From positions 1,024,001 through 1,088,000 of the forward strand of contig CAWIIB010000001.1 in assembly GCA_963836075.1 (NCBI GenBank): a DNA stretch of 64,000 nucleotides, read 5' to 3'. This document shows positions 35,964 to 44,322 of this stretch, piece after piece. Made by a program: the position numbers and the translations under genes. The notes under the pieces were generated by a model. The model saw only the letters and a program-made list of their open reading frames with translations. It did not search any database and was not told the DNA's origin. Positions within the stretch are counted from its first letter, which is position 1; each line of letters begins with the position of its first letter. The stretch comes from an uncultured Acidobacteriota bacterium. Lineage in GTDB: Bacteria > Acidobacteriota > JAQAZP01.

Positions 35964-36728
35964 ATGCCTGACCCTGACGGCAGCCCGGCCATCAGCGCCC
36001 TGAACCTCACCTTCACCTACGGCGGCCCGCCGGTGCTCGAGGATGCCACCTTCACCATCGAGCGCGGCGATTTCGCTTCCATCGTCGGCCCCAACGGCGG
36101 GGGCAAGACCACCCTGCTCAAACTGATCCTGGGTCTGCTGCACCCCTCGCGGGGCGAGATTCGGGTCAGCAACCGCCCGCCGGCTGACGCCCGCCCGCTC
36201 ATCGGGTATATGCCGCAGCACGTGGACCTCGATCCCAGCTTCCCGATAAACGTGACCGAGATCGTGCTGATGGGCCGCCTGGCGCCGGGCATGGCTCCCG
36301 GCCCCGTCGGCCGCAAGGACCGCCGGCTGGCCGCCGGCATCATCGAAATGCTCGGTCTGGAGGAGGTGCGCCAGAAGCCGCTGGCCGAACTTTCCGGCGG
36401 CCAGCGGCAACGGGTGCTCATCGCCCGGGCTCTGGCCTGCCAGCCGGAGATCCTGCTCCTTGACGAACCCACGGCACATCTCGACCTGCATCTGGAAGAC
36501 GAGTTTCTCGAAATTCTGAAGGACCTGAACCGGCGGATGACGGTGGTGATGGTTTCTCACGACCTGGGGTTCGTGGCCAGCTGCGTCAACCGCTGCGTCT
36601 GCGTCAATCGCCACGTGCACCTGCACCCCACCAGCGCACCGAAGGATGACCTGATCCGCAGCATGTATGGTGACAGCGTCCGCCTGATCCGCCACGATGT
36701 GGATTTCCCGGAGGGCGAAGAACGATGA
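35964..36728 (+). CDS. znuC: Metal ABC transporter ATP-binding protein
   Basis: GPNGGGKTT, LSGGQRQR, LLDEPT and SHDL motifs. Confidence 0.9.
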   Translation: MPDPDGSPAISALNLTFTYGGPPVLEDATFTIERGDFASIVGPNGGGKTTLLKLILGLLHPSRGEIRVSNRPPADARPLIGYMPQHVDLDPSFPINVTEIVLMGRLAPGMAPGPVGRKDRRLAAGIIEMLGLEEVRQKPLAELSGGQRQRVLIARALACQPEILLLDEPTAHLDLHLEDEFLEILKDLNRRMTVVMVSHDLGFVASCVNRCVCVNRHVHLHPTSAPKDDLIRSMYGDSVRLIRHDVDFPEGEER

Positions 36729-37576
36729 GCGAGTTCGTCCAGGCCCTGAGCGAGCACGTCTTCCTGCAGCGGGCGCTGCTGGCCGGCCTGATGATCAGCC
36801 TGGCCTGCGGCATGGTGGGCACCTACGTGGTCTCCCGGAGGATCACCTACATCGCCGCCAGTGTGGCCCACTGCGTACTGGGCGGCATGGGCGCGGCCCG
36901 TTACCTCCAGGTGGTCCACGGCTGGGCCTGGCTGACACCGTTGTATGGCGCCCTGGCCGCCGCGGTGACCGCCGCGGTGATCATCGGCCTGATCAGCCTC
37001 AAGGCCCGGGAACGGGAAGACACCGTGATCGGTGCACTCTGGGCCATCGGCATGGCCGCCGGCGTGCTGTTCATATCCCGTACCCCCGGATACAACGAAG
37101 ACCTGATGAGCTACCTCTTCGGCAACATCCTGGTGATCTCCTCGCTTGATCTCTGGCTCATCGCCCTGCTGGACCTGGTGGTGGCGGCGATCACCCTGCT
37201 GTTCTACCGCCAGTTGCAGGCGGTCTGCTTCGACGAGGAATTTTCCCGTCTCCGCGGCCTGCGGGTGGAATTCCACTACCTGCTGCTGCTCTGTCTCACC
37301 GCCCTCACCGTGGTGCTGCTGGTCACCGTGGTGGGCATCGTGATGGTCATCGCCCTGCTCACCCTGCCGGCGGCCATTGCCGGATACTTCTCTCGTTCCC
37401 TGTGGCAGATGATGGTGCTGGCCACCGCAGTTTGCGCCCTGCTCACCAGTTCGGGACTGGCCCTCAGCTACGGCCCGAACCTCCCGGCCGGCGCCACCAT
37501 CATCATTCTCGCCGGCGCCGCCTACCTGCTGGTGGCTGGGGGACGGGCGCTGCTGCGCAGGTCCGCATCGGGCTAG
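36725..37576 (+). CDS. znuB: Metal ABC transporter permease
   Basis: ABC-3 permease motifs (SYLFGNIL, FDEEF, VGIVMVIALLTLP). Confidence 0.9.
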   Translation: MSEFVQALSEHVFLQRALLAGLMISLACGMVGTYVVSRRITYIAASVAHCVLGGMGAARYLQVVHGWAWLTPLYGALAAAVTAAVIIGLISLKAREREDTVIGALWAIGMAAGVLFISRTPGYNEDLMSYLFGNILVISSLDLWLIALLDLVVAAITLLFYRQLQAVCFDEEFSRLRGLRVEFHYLLLLCLTALTVVLLVTVVGIVMVIALLTLPAAIAGYFSRSLWQMMVLATAVCALLTSSGLALSYGPNLPAGATIIILAGAAYLLVAGGRALLRRSASG

Positions 37577-37592
37577 CCTCAAAAACCAGGCC

Positions 37593-37618
37593 GGAGCAAT
37601 AATTGACATAATTGCTCC
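37593..37618. promoter_or_regulatory. Inverted repeat enclosing a TTGACA hexamer (operator or hairpin)
   Basis: GGAGCAAT-AATTGACATA-ATTGCTCC. Confidence 0.4.
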
Positions 37619-37859
37619 AAGTTTCGAAATTCTTACGATTTATGTGAAAAATGACTGGAATTTCATCAACTGCTAGTTTATATTGAAGTTCAAGAGTTTT
37701 TTGATAGGGAACCTTCGGATGTTACTGGGGCCGGAGGATCGATTCCCAGCCTGTCGGATCGGGGCGCCAGACCCCGGATCTTGATGTTTTTCCAAACGCC
37801 ATCACCATCACCGGAATCGTCCGGGTTGATGGGTGAGATTTCCGGAAAGGAGTGCTTTA

Positions 37860-38969
37860 ATGCGTTACCGTGGTATGAAGGGTTGGATCTGTTGCTCCGC
37901 CCTCCTCGTTTTCCTTTTCTCCATCGGGCTCATGTTCAGCGCCGGCACCAGCCTGGCCGCTGACAGAGTTGTACTGGGAGAACTCTTCTCCCGCACCTCT
38001 TGACCATACTGCCCATCCGCGGTACGCGGATTTGAAGATCTCGTCGACACCTACGGCACCGACCAGTTCCTCCCCATCACCTGGTATCTGCCCGGCTACA
38101 CCGGCAGTATCCCCGAAGCCGCCACGCGGGCCTCGGCCAGTTTCTACAATGTCACCGGAGCGCCCACGGCATGGTTCGACGGCTGGACCAATTCGGTGGG
38201 AGGCCTGCCCTCAGGCTCCATGTTCTCCTACTACAACCCGATTGTGATCAGCCACCTCGGCTCGGCAAGCCCGTTGGAGATGACCGCCAGCTATACCCAG
38301 ACAGGACTCGACGTGACGCTCAACGTGCATATCGATGTCACCGGCTTTGTCAGCACCACCAGCAACCGGGTACACTTCATCGTCTGCGAGGACGGGGGTC
38401 AGGGCAATGTGAACATGTCCCGCCAGGCCCTGACCTACGAGCCGTTCACCCTCACCTCCCCTGGACAGTCAGTGGACATCCAGCGCACCACCACCCTCTC
38501 AGCCGCCTGGACCGGCCCGATCAACATCATCGTCTTTGTCCAGAGCCACGGTTCGAACTTTGACGTGCTGCAGGCGACCCTGGCCGCCGAGGAGTGGGCG
38601 GGAGACACCGTGGGCGTCACCCTTGGTTGCACCCCCGGTTCCGGCACACTCCCCTTCACTTCCAGCATGTGGCTCCGTCTGGAGAACCTCACCCCCTGGT
38701 CCCGGCGGATCTCGGGCAAGATCAACGCCACCATCGGCAACGGCTCGACGTTTACCAGCTGGAGAGCCGGTTGGACCAACCTCAGTCCCGCTGAAGTCTA
38801 TACATCAAACTGGAACCAGAACTTCCCGGGCCTGGCTTCGCTGGTGGGCGACAACATCTTCACCCTCTACGGCTACGATGTAACACCCGCACCGTATAAC
38901 CAGCCGCCCTATGCCCCGGACGGCGGTTCCGACACCGCGTCCTGCACCATCACGGCGTACGCGCCCTGA
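37860..38969 (+). CDS. Putative selenoprotein: secreted Omp28-like thioredoxin-fold protein with U48-P-Y-C motif (369 aa if read through)
   Basis: AAGGAG RBS, ATG 37860, signal peptide, VVLGELFSRTS-TGA(38001)-PYCP in frame with ORF 38196..38969; later GAPTAWFDG and IIVFVQ. Confidence 0.8.
38015..38031 (+). promoter_or_regulatory. Candidate bacterial SECIS element
   Basis: ATCCGCG-GTA-CGCGGAT perfect hairpin starting 11 nt after the in-frame TGA, with G-starting loop. Confidence 0.7.
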
Positions 38970-38991
38970 TCCTTTCGGCAGGGCAAAGAGC

Positions 38992-39030
38992 AAAGCCCCG
39001 GTCATCGCAACGGTGACCGGGGCTTTTTTT
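38992..39030 (+). terminator. Rho-independent terminator
   Basis: AAAGCCCCGGTCA...TGACCGGGGCTTTTTTT. Confidence 0.9.
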
Positions 39031-39119
39031 ATCTGCTCTTCACGATTCTTCTTTTATTCCTACTCCACTATTTCTCCAAAACCTCATGTGTTGCCGGGCC
39101 GCACATGAGGTTTCGGGAC

Positions 39120-39171
39120 AAAAAAATACCCCCTGGCTCCCCTGTCAAAGACAGGCAGCGGAGGGGGTATT
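39120..39171 (-). terminator. Terminator downstream of the orphan precursor
   Basis: Minus strand ATACCCCCT...CCTGTC-TTT-GACAGG...AGGGGGTAT followed by a T tract. Confidence 0.8.
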
Positions 39172-39202
39172 CATTCGCGAGACTGATCCGCGTCAGACGG
39201 CC

Positions 39203-39472
39203 TCAGCTGCTGTAGGTAATCCAGTTACCGCACATGCCGCTGTAGACGTAGCTGCCGCTGGTGCCGCCGGGGCCGAAGCCGATGCCGGCGCTGCCGCTGG
39301 CCGACTCGCTACCGCCGAAACCGCCACCGAGGTGACCGGTGAAGGTGTCATAGGGAGCACCCGTGTGCCAGGATCCCGGAGGGGGATCAGTGGTCTTGCC
39401 ACAGGCCAAAGCCGAGGTCTCGAACGACTTTTCACTCTTGATCACAGGCTTGCTGTACAGTGCCTTCTTCAT
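39203..39472 (-). CDS. Orphan putative RiPP precursor (89 aa) with Gly/Ser-rich core
   Basis: Leader MKKALYSKPVIKSEKSFETSALA then CGKTT...; standalone gene with own promoters and terminator. Confidence 0.75.
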   Translation of the reverse strand: MKKALYSKPVIKSEKSFETSALACGKTTDPPPGSWHTGAPYDTFTGHLGGGFGGSESASGSAGIGFGPGGTSGSYVYSGMCGNWITYSS

Positions 39473-39544
39473 GAAACCCATCCCTTCTTGAGGTTGATAA
39501 TTTTGCCACTCCCTCACAGACCCCTAATTCGGAATGGCTGCGAA

Positions 39545-39573
39545 ACTATACCTTCTCACCATCAACGAGTCAA
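39545..39573 (-). promoter_or_regulatory. Sigma70-like promoter P1 of the orphan precursor
   Basis: TTGACT-N17-TATAGT on the minus strand. Confidence 0.65.
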
Positions 39574-39667
39574 GACCAAATCCACATGTCGCATCCCGCA
39601 GCAAATCCGCCGATTCAGAGCAACGAAAACAGAACGCAAACCATGTAATCGGGATAACGATGCGAAC

Positions 39668-39696
39668 AATTTACAAGTTTTCCATCCTTAAGTCAA
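39668..39696 (-). promoter_or_regulatory. Sigma70-like promoter P2 of the orphan precursor
   Basis: TTGACT-N17-TAAATT on the minus strand. Confidence 0.55.
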
Positions 39697-39743
39697 TACG
39701 GTTTTCAAGATCCGGTTCATCGGCTCCCGCACCCTCCCGCTCC

Positions 39744-41006
39744 TCACCTCAATTCTCCGGGTTCGAAGATCCGAACAGTACCGAAGAGACCGTCATATCC
39801 CGCAGATACGGCAAGCGCTCCCCGACGAACCCGGCTCACACCCTCGGCCAGCAGCGGACCACCGGCTGCGGCCAGTTCTTCCACCGGCACGTCCATCAGG
39901 ATCTGCAGTTCCGGACCGAGGCGGGCCAGCAGCCCATCGTAAATCCTGGCCACCTTTCTGGAGCCCGCCCCGACCCCTTTGATCTCTCCAATGATCTGGG
40001 ACAGGGAGACCAGCCGGTGAAAAGGCAGGGCCCGCGGGGAACGCGATCCTTCGTCGCGGTCAGCCAGCACTTCCACCCGGTGGGCCACCCCCACGGTGAC
40101 CGCCCTTCCGCAGGCGGGGCAGAGGCCGCCGGCCGCCAGGGTCTGGACCGGGGTCAAGCGTTGCCCGCAGGCCCGGTGGCCGTCCAGATGATATTTGCCC
40201 TCCTCGGGAAAGAACTCCACCGTTCCCTTGCACAACGCCGGGTCTGCACTGCGCAGCGCGGCGAACAGGTTGTCGTAGCCCGGCTCCACCGCCAGCAGGG
40301 TAGCCTCCCGCCCGATCCGCGATGGTGAGTGCGCATCGGAATTGGAGACCAGGGTGTACTCATCAAGCGTGGAGACGCGCCAGTTCATCGGCGGGTCGGA
40401 GGAGAGCCCGGTCTCCAGGGCGAAAATGTGTCCGGACAAATCTCCGTAGCAGTCGTTGATGGCATCAAAGCCGGACCGCGAACCCAGAACCGAAAACCAG
40501 GGCGTCCAGATGTGGGCCGGAATGAGAACAGCCCGCGGGGAACACTCCAGGGCCATGGCCAGCAAATCGCGGCTGTCCAGTCCCAGGATGGGCCGGCCGT
40601 CGGAGCCAAGGTTTCCCACCTTGCTCAGCAGAGCACTCAGCCGGTCCGCGGCAGGGAGGTCGGGGAGGTACACCAGGTTGTGCACCTTGCGGACCCGGTC
40701 CCCCCGTTTGTAGATGCTGCTGATTTCCACCTGGAGGATGAAGCGCACATCCGAGGCACATGAATCGGGCACCGCATCCTCCCCCTCCAGGGAAGGACCG
40801 CTCCGCAGCCGGAAAAGTCCGTTGCCTTCAGATACCAGTTGCTCCTTCAGTTCGGCTCGCCAGCCGGGGTGGGTGAAATCCCCGGTCCCCAACAGCCCCA
40901 TACCCTTTTTCCGGCCCCAGGCCCACATCCGCTCCAGGTCGAAGTTGCGGCTGGTGGCCCGGGAGTATCTGGAGTGGAGGTGAAGATCAGCGGCAAAAGT
41001 TTTCAA
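39744..41006 (-). CDS. Endonuclease Q-family PHP-domain protein
   Basis: TTG start after AGGAGG; ADLHLHSRYSRATS, GTGDFTHP, PAHIWTPWFS, ETGLSSDP, NSDAHS, GKYHLDGHRAC and CPAC motifs. Confidence 0.85.
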   Translation of the reverse strand: MKTFAADLHLHSRYSRATSRNFDLERMWAWGRKKGMGLLGTGDFTHPGWRAELKEQLVSEGNGLFRLRSGPSLEGEDAVPDSCASDVRFILQVEISSIYKRGDRVRKVHNLVYLPDLPAADRLSALLSKVGNLGSDGRPILGLDSRDLLAMALECSPRAVLIPAHIWTPWFSVLGSRSGFDAINDCYGDLSGHIFALETGLSSDPPMNWRVSTLDEYTLVSNSDAHSPSRIGREATLLAVEPGYDNLFAALRSADPALCKGTVEFFPEEGKYHLDGHRACGQRLTPVQTLAAGGLCPACGRAVTVGVAHRVEVLADRDEGSRSPRALPFHRLVSLSQIIGEIKGVGAGSRKVARIYDGLLARLGPELQILMDVPVEELAAAGGPLLAEGVSRVRRGALAVSAGYDGLFGTVRIFEPGELR

Positions 41007-41162
41007 GCGCTTTCCCTCCTGGAAACTCTTGCGGCAGCATGCAAAACCCACTTGACGCTGATCAACAATGTGTTTATTATCGTAAACGAGTCGGGTCGTC
41101 CCCGGTGGCTCATTCCCCGAACCGCCGCCGGAGTTCAAGGCGACAACCACCTTTGAGGGCGC

Positions 41163-41474
41163 ATGTCCGACCAGAATTCACATCAGCAGGATCGAGCACT
41201 ACCCGTGCCCGGCACCACCGCTACCGGACGCCGCAGGAGTTCCCGGAGGAACATGGTGGCGCATATCGATTCGGATCTCTGCACCGGGTGCGAGGCGTGC
41301 CAGGACTTCTGTCCCACCGGCTGCATCCGCACCATCCCCGGTGAGGTCTACGAAACCATCGGAGCGGTGAACCGGGTCAACGAGGACGGCTGCGTGGGTT
41401 GCTTCATCTGCCTTGATTACTGCCGGTGGGAAGCGATCCTCAAGGTACCCGGCAACCTGCCCGATCCCAGCTGA
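41163..41474 (+). CDS. 2[4Fe-4S] ferredoxin-like protein
   Basis: CTGCEACQDFCP and CVGCFICLDYC; start could be the Met at 41253. Confidence 0.85.
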   Translation: MSDQNSHQQDRALPVPGTTATGRRRSSRRNMVAHIDSDLCTGCEACQDFCPTGCIRTIPGEVYETIGAVNRVNEDGCVGCFICLDYCRWEAILKVPGNLPDPS

Positions 41475-41614
41475 ACGTCCGTCCATATTCACTTCCGTCT
41501 CTTCCCGATACTGCATTCCAGATGATGCTCGGCACCGTTCTGTCGGGCATAGCGGGACGGGCGTACGGAACCCGGCACAGGGTTGGCCGGTACCGGGCGG
41601 ATTGCATTGGAAAC

Positions 41615-42688
41615 TCAGGAGCCGGGGAAACCAGCCACGGCCTTGGACAGCCGCTCTTCCAATCCGATGAAAGTCATATCATCCGGCTGGAGGTAGACCC
41701 GCCGCCCCTCGAACTCGTCACGACTGAGGATGGAATAGAGCAGACTGTGCCAGCGGCCATCGCGCTCCCAGATGTCGAGGCGGAAGATATGCTCGCCGGA
41801 ATCCCAGGCGAACGCCTCGTCCTTGACCAGGACCGAACCCCTGAGCTGATACCAGCCGCCCATGTCGGCGGGGACACCATCATTCTCGGGGCTCAGTTCC
41901 ACGGTCCGGCCCGTGCCGGCCTTGAGCAGTTCGGCACGGAATCCCTCCAGAGCTGAACCCGCCGCGGCAGCGGCATCCATGCCGGAAGTGCCGGACGTTG
42001 AGTAGTAGATCTTGTCGTCCGAGTTTATGGGCAGGGTCCAGATGGCACCCTGTTGTGCTGTGCTGCCCTCCTGGTATATATCGGATCGCCAGCCATCGGG
42101 AATGAAGAAGACGAGATTGATCGCCGGGAAATTCATTTTCAACGGCACCTTGGGGTTGTTTATTCGCCGGTTCTCCCCGTGGCAGGAAATGGTCCGCTCG
42201 ATCTCGGCCAGCCGATCGGACACCGCCGCCGGGGTTCCGCAGGAGGCGTGCAGGTCGATCTGGGAGAGGATCAACCGATCGCTCTTGTTGCAGTGGAACA
42301 CCGCATAGGTGGTGTAGATGTCCCCACCCTCCCGGGTCCCGGTCACCGAGAATCCCTTGTGCCCATGCACCTTTATTTTGCCGCTGCTCTGGACCTTGAA
42401 CGACGCGGCCTCCTGGTCCCGGAAACTGTTCACCGTCTCCAGAACGAATGCTTCATCGATATTCTTGGGCATCGTTTCGGGCGTCGGTCCCCAGAAGATG
42501 AAATGCGAACCCCAGGTGGTGTTGTCCAGGTAAACGAAATTCTCACCGGAGGCCACGCTGTGCCAGTGGTCGAACTCGGTGGCCAGCCGATTAAGATTCA
42601 CCTGGGGGGTTCCGCAGAAGGCGACTGCGGGGACTATCATTACCAGGGCCGCCACCAGTAGTGCTCTGTTGTAACCTGGACCGTTCAT
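41615..42688 (-). CDS. Hypothetical secreted protein
   Basis: GGAGG RBS, signal peptide, long ORF; no recognisable motif. Confidence 0.6.
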   Translation of the reverse strand: MNGPGYNRALLVAALVMIVPAVAFCGTPQVNLNRLATEFDHWHSVASGENFVYLDNTTWGSHFIFWGPTPETMPKNIDEAFVLETVNSFRDQEAASFKVQSSGKIKVHGHKGFSVTGTREGGDIYTTYAVFHCNKSDRLILSQIDLHASCGTPAAVSDRLAEIERTISCHGENRRINNPKVPLKMNFPAINLVFFIPDGWRSDIYQEGSTAQQGAIWTLPINSDDKIYYSTSGTSGMDAAAAAGSALEGFRAELLKAGTGRTVELSPENDGVPADMGGWYQLRGSVLVKDEAFAWDSGEHIFRLDIWERDGRWHSLLYSILSRDEFEGRRVYLQPDDMTFIGLEERLSKAVAGFPGS

Positions 42689-42914
42689 CACCGATTTCCT
42701 CCCGGCACGCACGAGCGAAGCTTTTGCCGTCAATTTCGAAGCAGTGCCGGGGCCGGACCGCAGCCCAGGGAACCCCGGCAGGATCCTCTATTGTAATGAA
42801 ATCCGTGACACATGCAAACCGGTGTACCACACCGGCTGTTTTCGATACCCGCCGTGGGGTACAATACAGTCTCGTTCCTGATCCAGTGCGCAACCTGAGG
42901 AGCCGCCAGCGCTG

Positions 42915-43679
42915 ATGAACGTCTATGCCATTGCCGACCTGCACCTCTCCCACTCCCGTCCAAAGCCGATGGACGTGTTTGGCCCGGCCTGGAATGACCA
43001 CACGGAACGGCTGCGGCGGCACTGGCAGGAGACGGTGGGCGAGGAAGACCTGGTCCTGTTGCCCGGCGACATCTCCTGGGCGATGGCCCTCGAAGAGGCC
43101 ATGCCCGACCTGGAGTGGATCCACCGGCTTCCCGGAACCAAGGTGCTGACCAAGGGCAACCACGACTACTGGTGGAAATCAGCGGGCAAGGTGCGCGCCG
43201 CGCTTCCCGAGTCGATCAGGATCATTCAGAACGACGCACTGCTCATCGGAGACGTGGCCCTGGCCGGGACCAGGCTCTGGCAGCTCCCGTGGGTGACCTC
43301 CGCGGGATTGCCGCTGCTGGTGGAGAACCCGCCCGTAGTGGTCTCGCCTGCCCCGGGCCGGGTCAAGAACATCGAGGAGGAGATGAAGTATGTCCGCCGG
43401 GAGATCGGACGGCTGAAACTGTCGCTGGAAAAGGCCTCCGCCCTGGGCGGCCGGCGGCTGGTGGCGATGGTCCACTATCCGCCGCTGGACCACCGGCGGG
43501 AGGAGAACGATGTGACCCGGTTGCTGGAACAGTTCGGGGTCACCGATTGCGTATACGGGCACCTGCACAATCTCGATCCGGAGGGGGCGTCGGTCCTCGG
43601 ATCGCTGCATCTGGGCGGGATCCACTACCGTCTGGTCTCGTGCGATTTCACGCGGTTTCAACCGGTTCGCATTCTCTGA
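42915..43679 (+). CDS. Metallophosphoesterase
   Basis: ADLHL, PGDISW, KGNHDYW, HYPP and YGHLH motifs. Confidence 0.9.
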   Translation: MNVYAIADLHLSHSRPKPMDVFGPAWNDHTERLRRHWQETVGEEDLVLLPGDISWAMALEEAMPDLEWIHRLPGTKVLTKGNHDYWWKSAGKVRAALPESIRIIQNDALLIGDVALAGTRLWQLPWVTSAGLPLLVENPPVVVSPAPGRVKNIEEEMKYVRREIGRLKLSLEKASALGGRRLVAMVHYPPLDHRREENDVTRLLEQFGVTDCVYGHLHNLDPEGASVLGSLHLGGIHYRLVSCDFTRFQPVRIL

Positions 43680-43734
43680 AACCGGCCGGCGGACCGGGAA
43701 GGCCCACCGGACTCACTGCTACTCATTGAGGGAG

Positions 43735-44322
43735 ATGAAGATGACCAGTAGAAAAACCTGTCGGCGATCCGATTCAGCGGGGCGCGTCCTGGCGGCCCTG
43801 GTGCTGCCCGTCATGATGGTGGCGTCATTCTGCATCGGCTGCGGGAGCGCAGCCGACAAGGCGATGACCGAAGGATCATCGGGTCGCACCGCTGCTGCCG
43901 AGTTCAGTCTCACCGACATTCAAGGGAAAGTTCACCACCTCTCCGACTACCGGGGCAAGGTGGTGGTGCTCAACTTCTGGGATACCTGGTGCGGGCCCTG
44001 CCGCCAGGAAATCCCGGGGTTCATCGCCCTCCAGGATCAGTTGGGGTCCGAGGGGCTCCAGTTGCTGGGGGTGGCCCTGGGCCAGGAGGGAGCGGCCAGG
44101 GTCAAGGACTTCACCGCCGGCGCCGGCATAAACTACCCGGTCCTGCTCCTCGGTGAGAACAGCACAGTTCTGGCCGACTACGGCGGGATCAACTCCATCC
44201 CCGCCACATTTATCATCGACCGTGAGGGATACATCGCCGATAAGCACATCGGTTACCTCGCCAAAAGCGCATTCGAGGCAATGGTCAGGCCGGTTATCGG
44301 GACCGGGGGGGAGACGTCGTGA
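43735..44322 (+). CDS. TlpA/ResA-like thiol-disulfide oxidoreductase (probable lipoprotein)
   Basis: LSDYRGKVVVLNFWDTWCGPC, IPATFIIDREG; start position uncertain. Confidence 0.88.
   Translation: MKMTSRKTCRRSDSAGRVLAALVLPVMMVASFCIGCGSAADKAMTEGSSGRTAAAEFSLTDIQGKVHHLSDYRGKVVVLNFWDTWCGPCRQEIPGFIALQDQLGSEGLQLLGVALGQEGAARVKDFTAGAGINYPVLLLGENSTVLADYGGINSIPATFIIDREGYIADKHIGYLAKSAFEAMVRPVIGTGGETS

Noticed and set aside
39744-41006. EndoQ-like gene as a defence system or as maturase of the adjacent orphan peptide
   Set aside because: It is a DNA-repair-type PHP nuclease separated from the peptide gene by that gene's own promoters; no supporting partners.
43960-44010. Second selenoprotein in the TlpA-like gene
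   Set aside because: The motif is ordinary WCGPC with TGC codons; no in-frame TGA.
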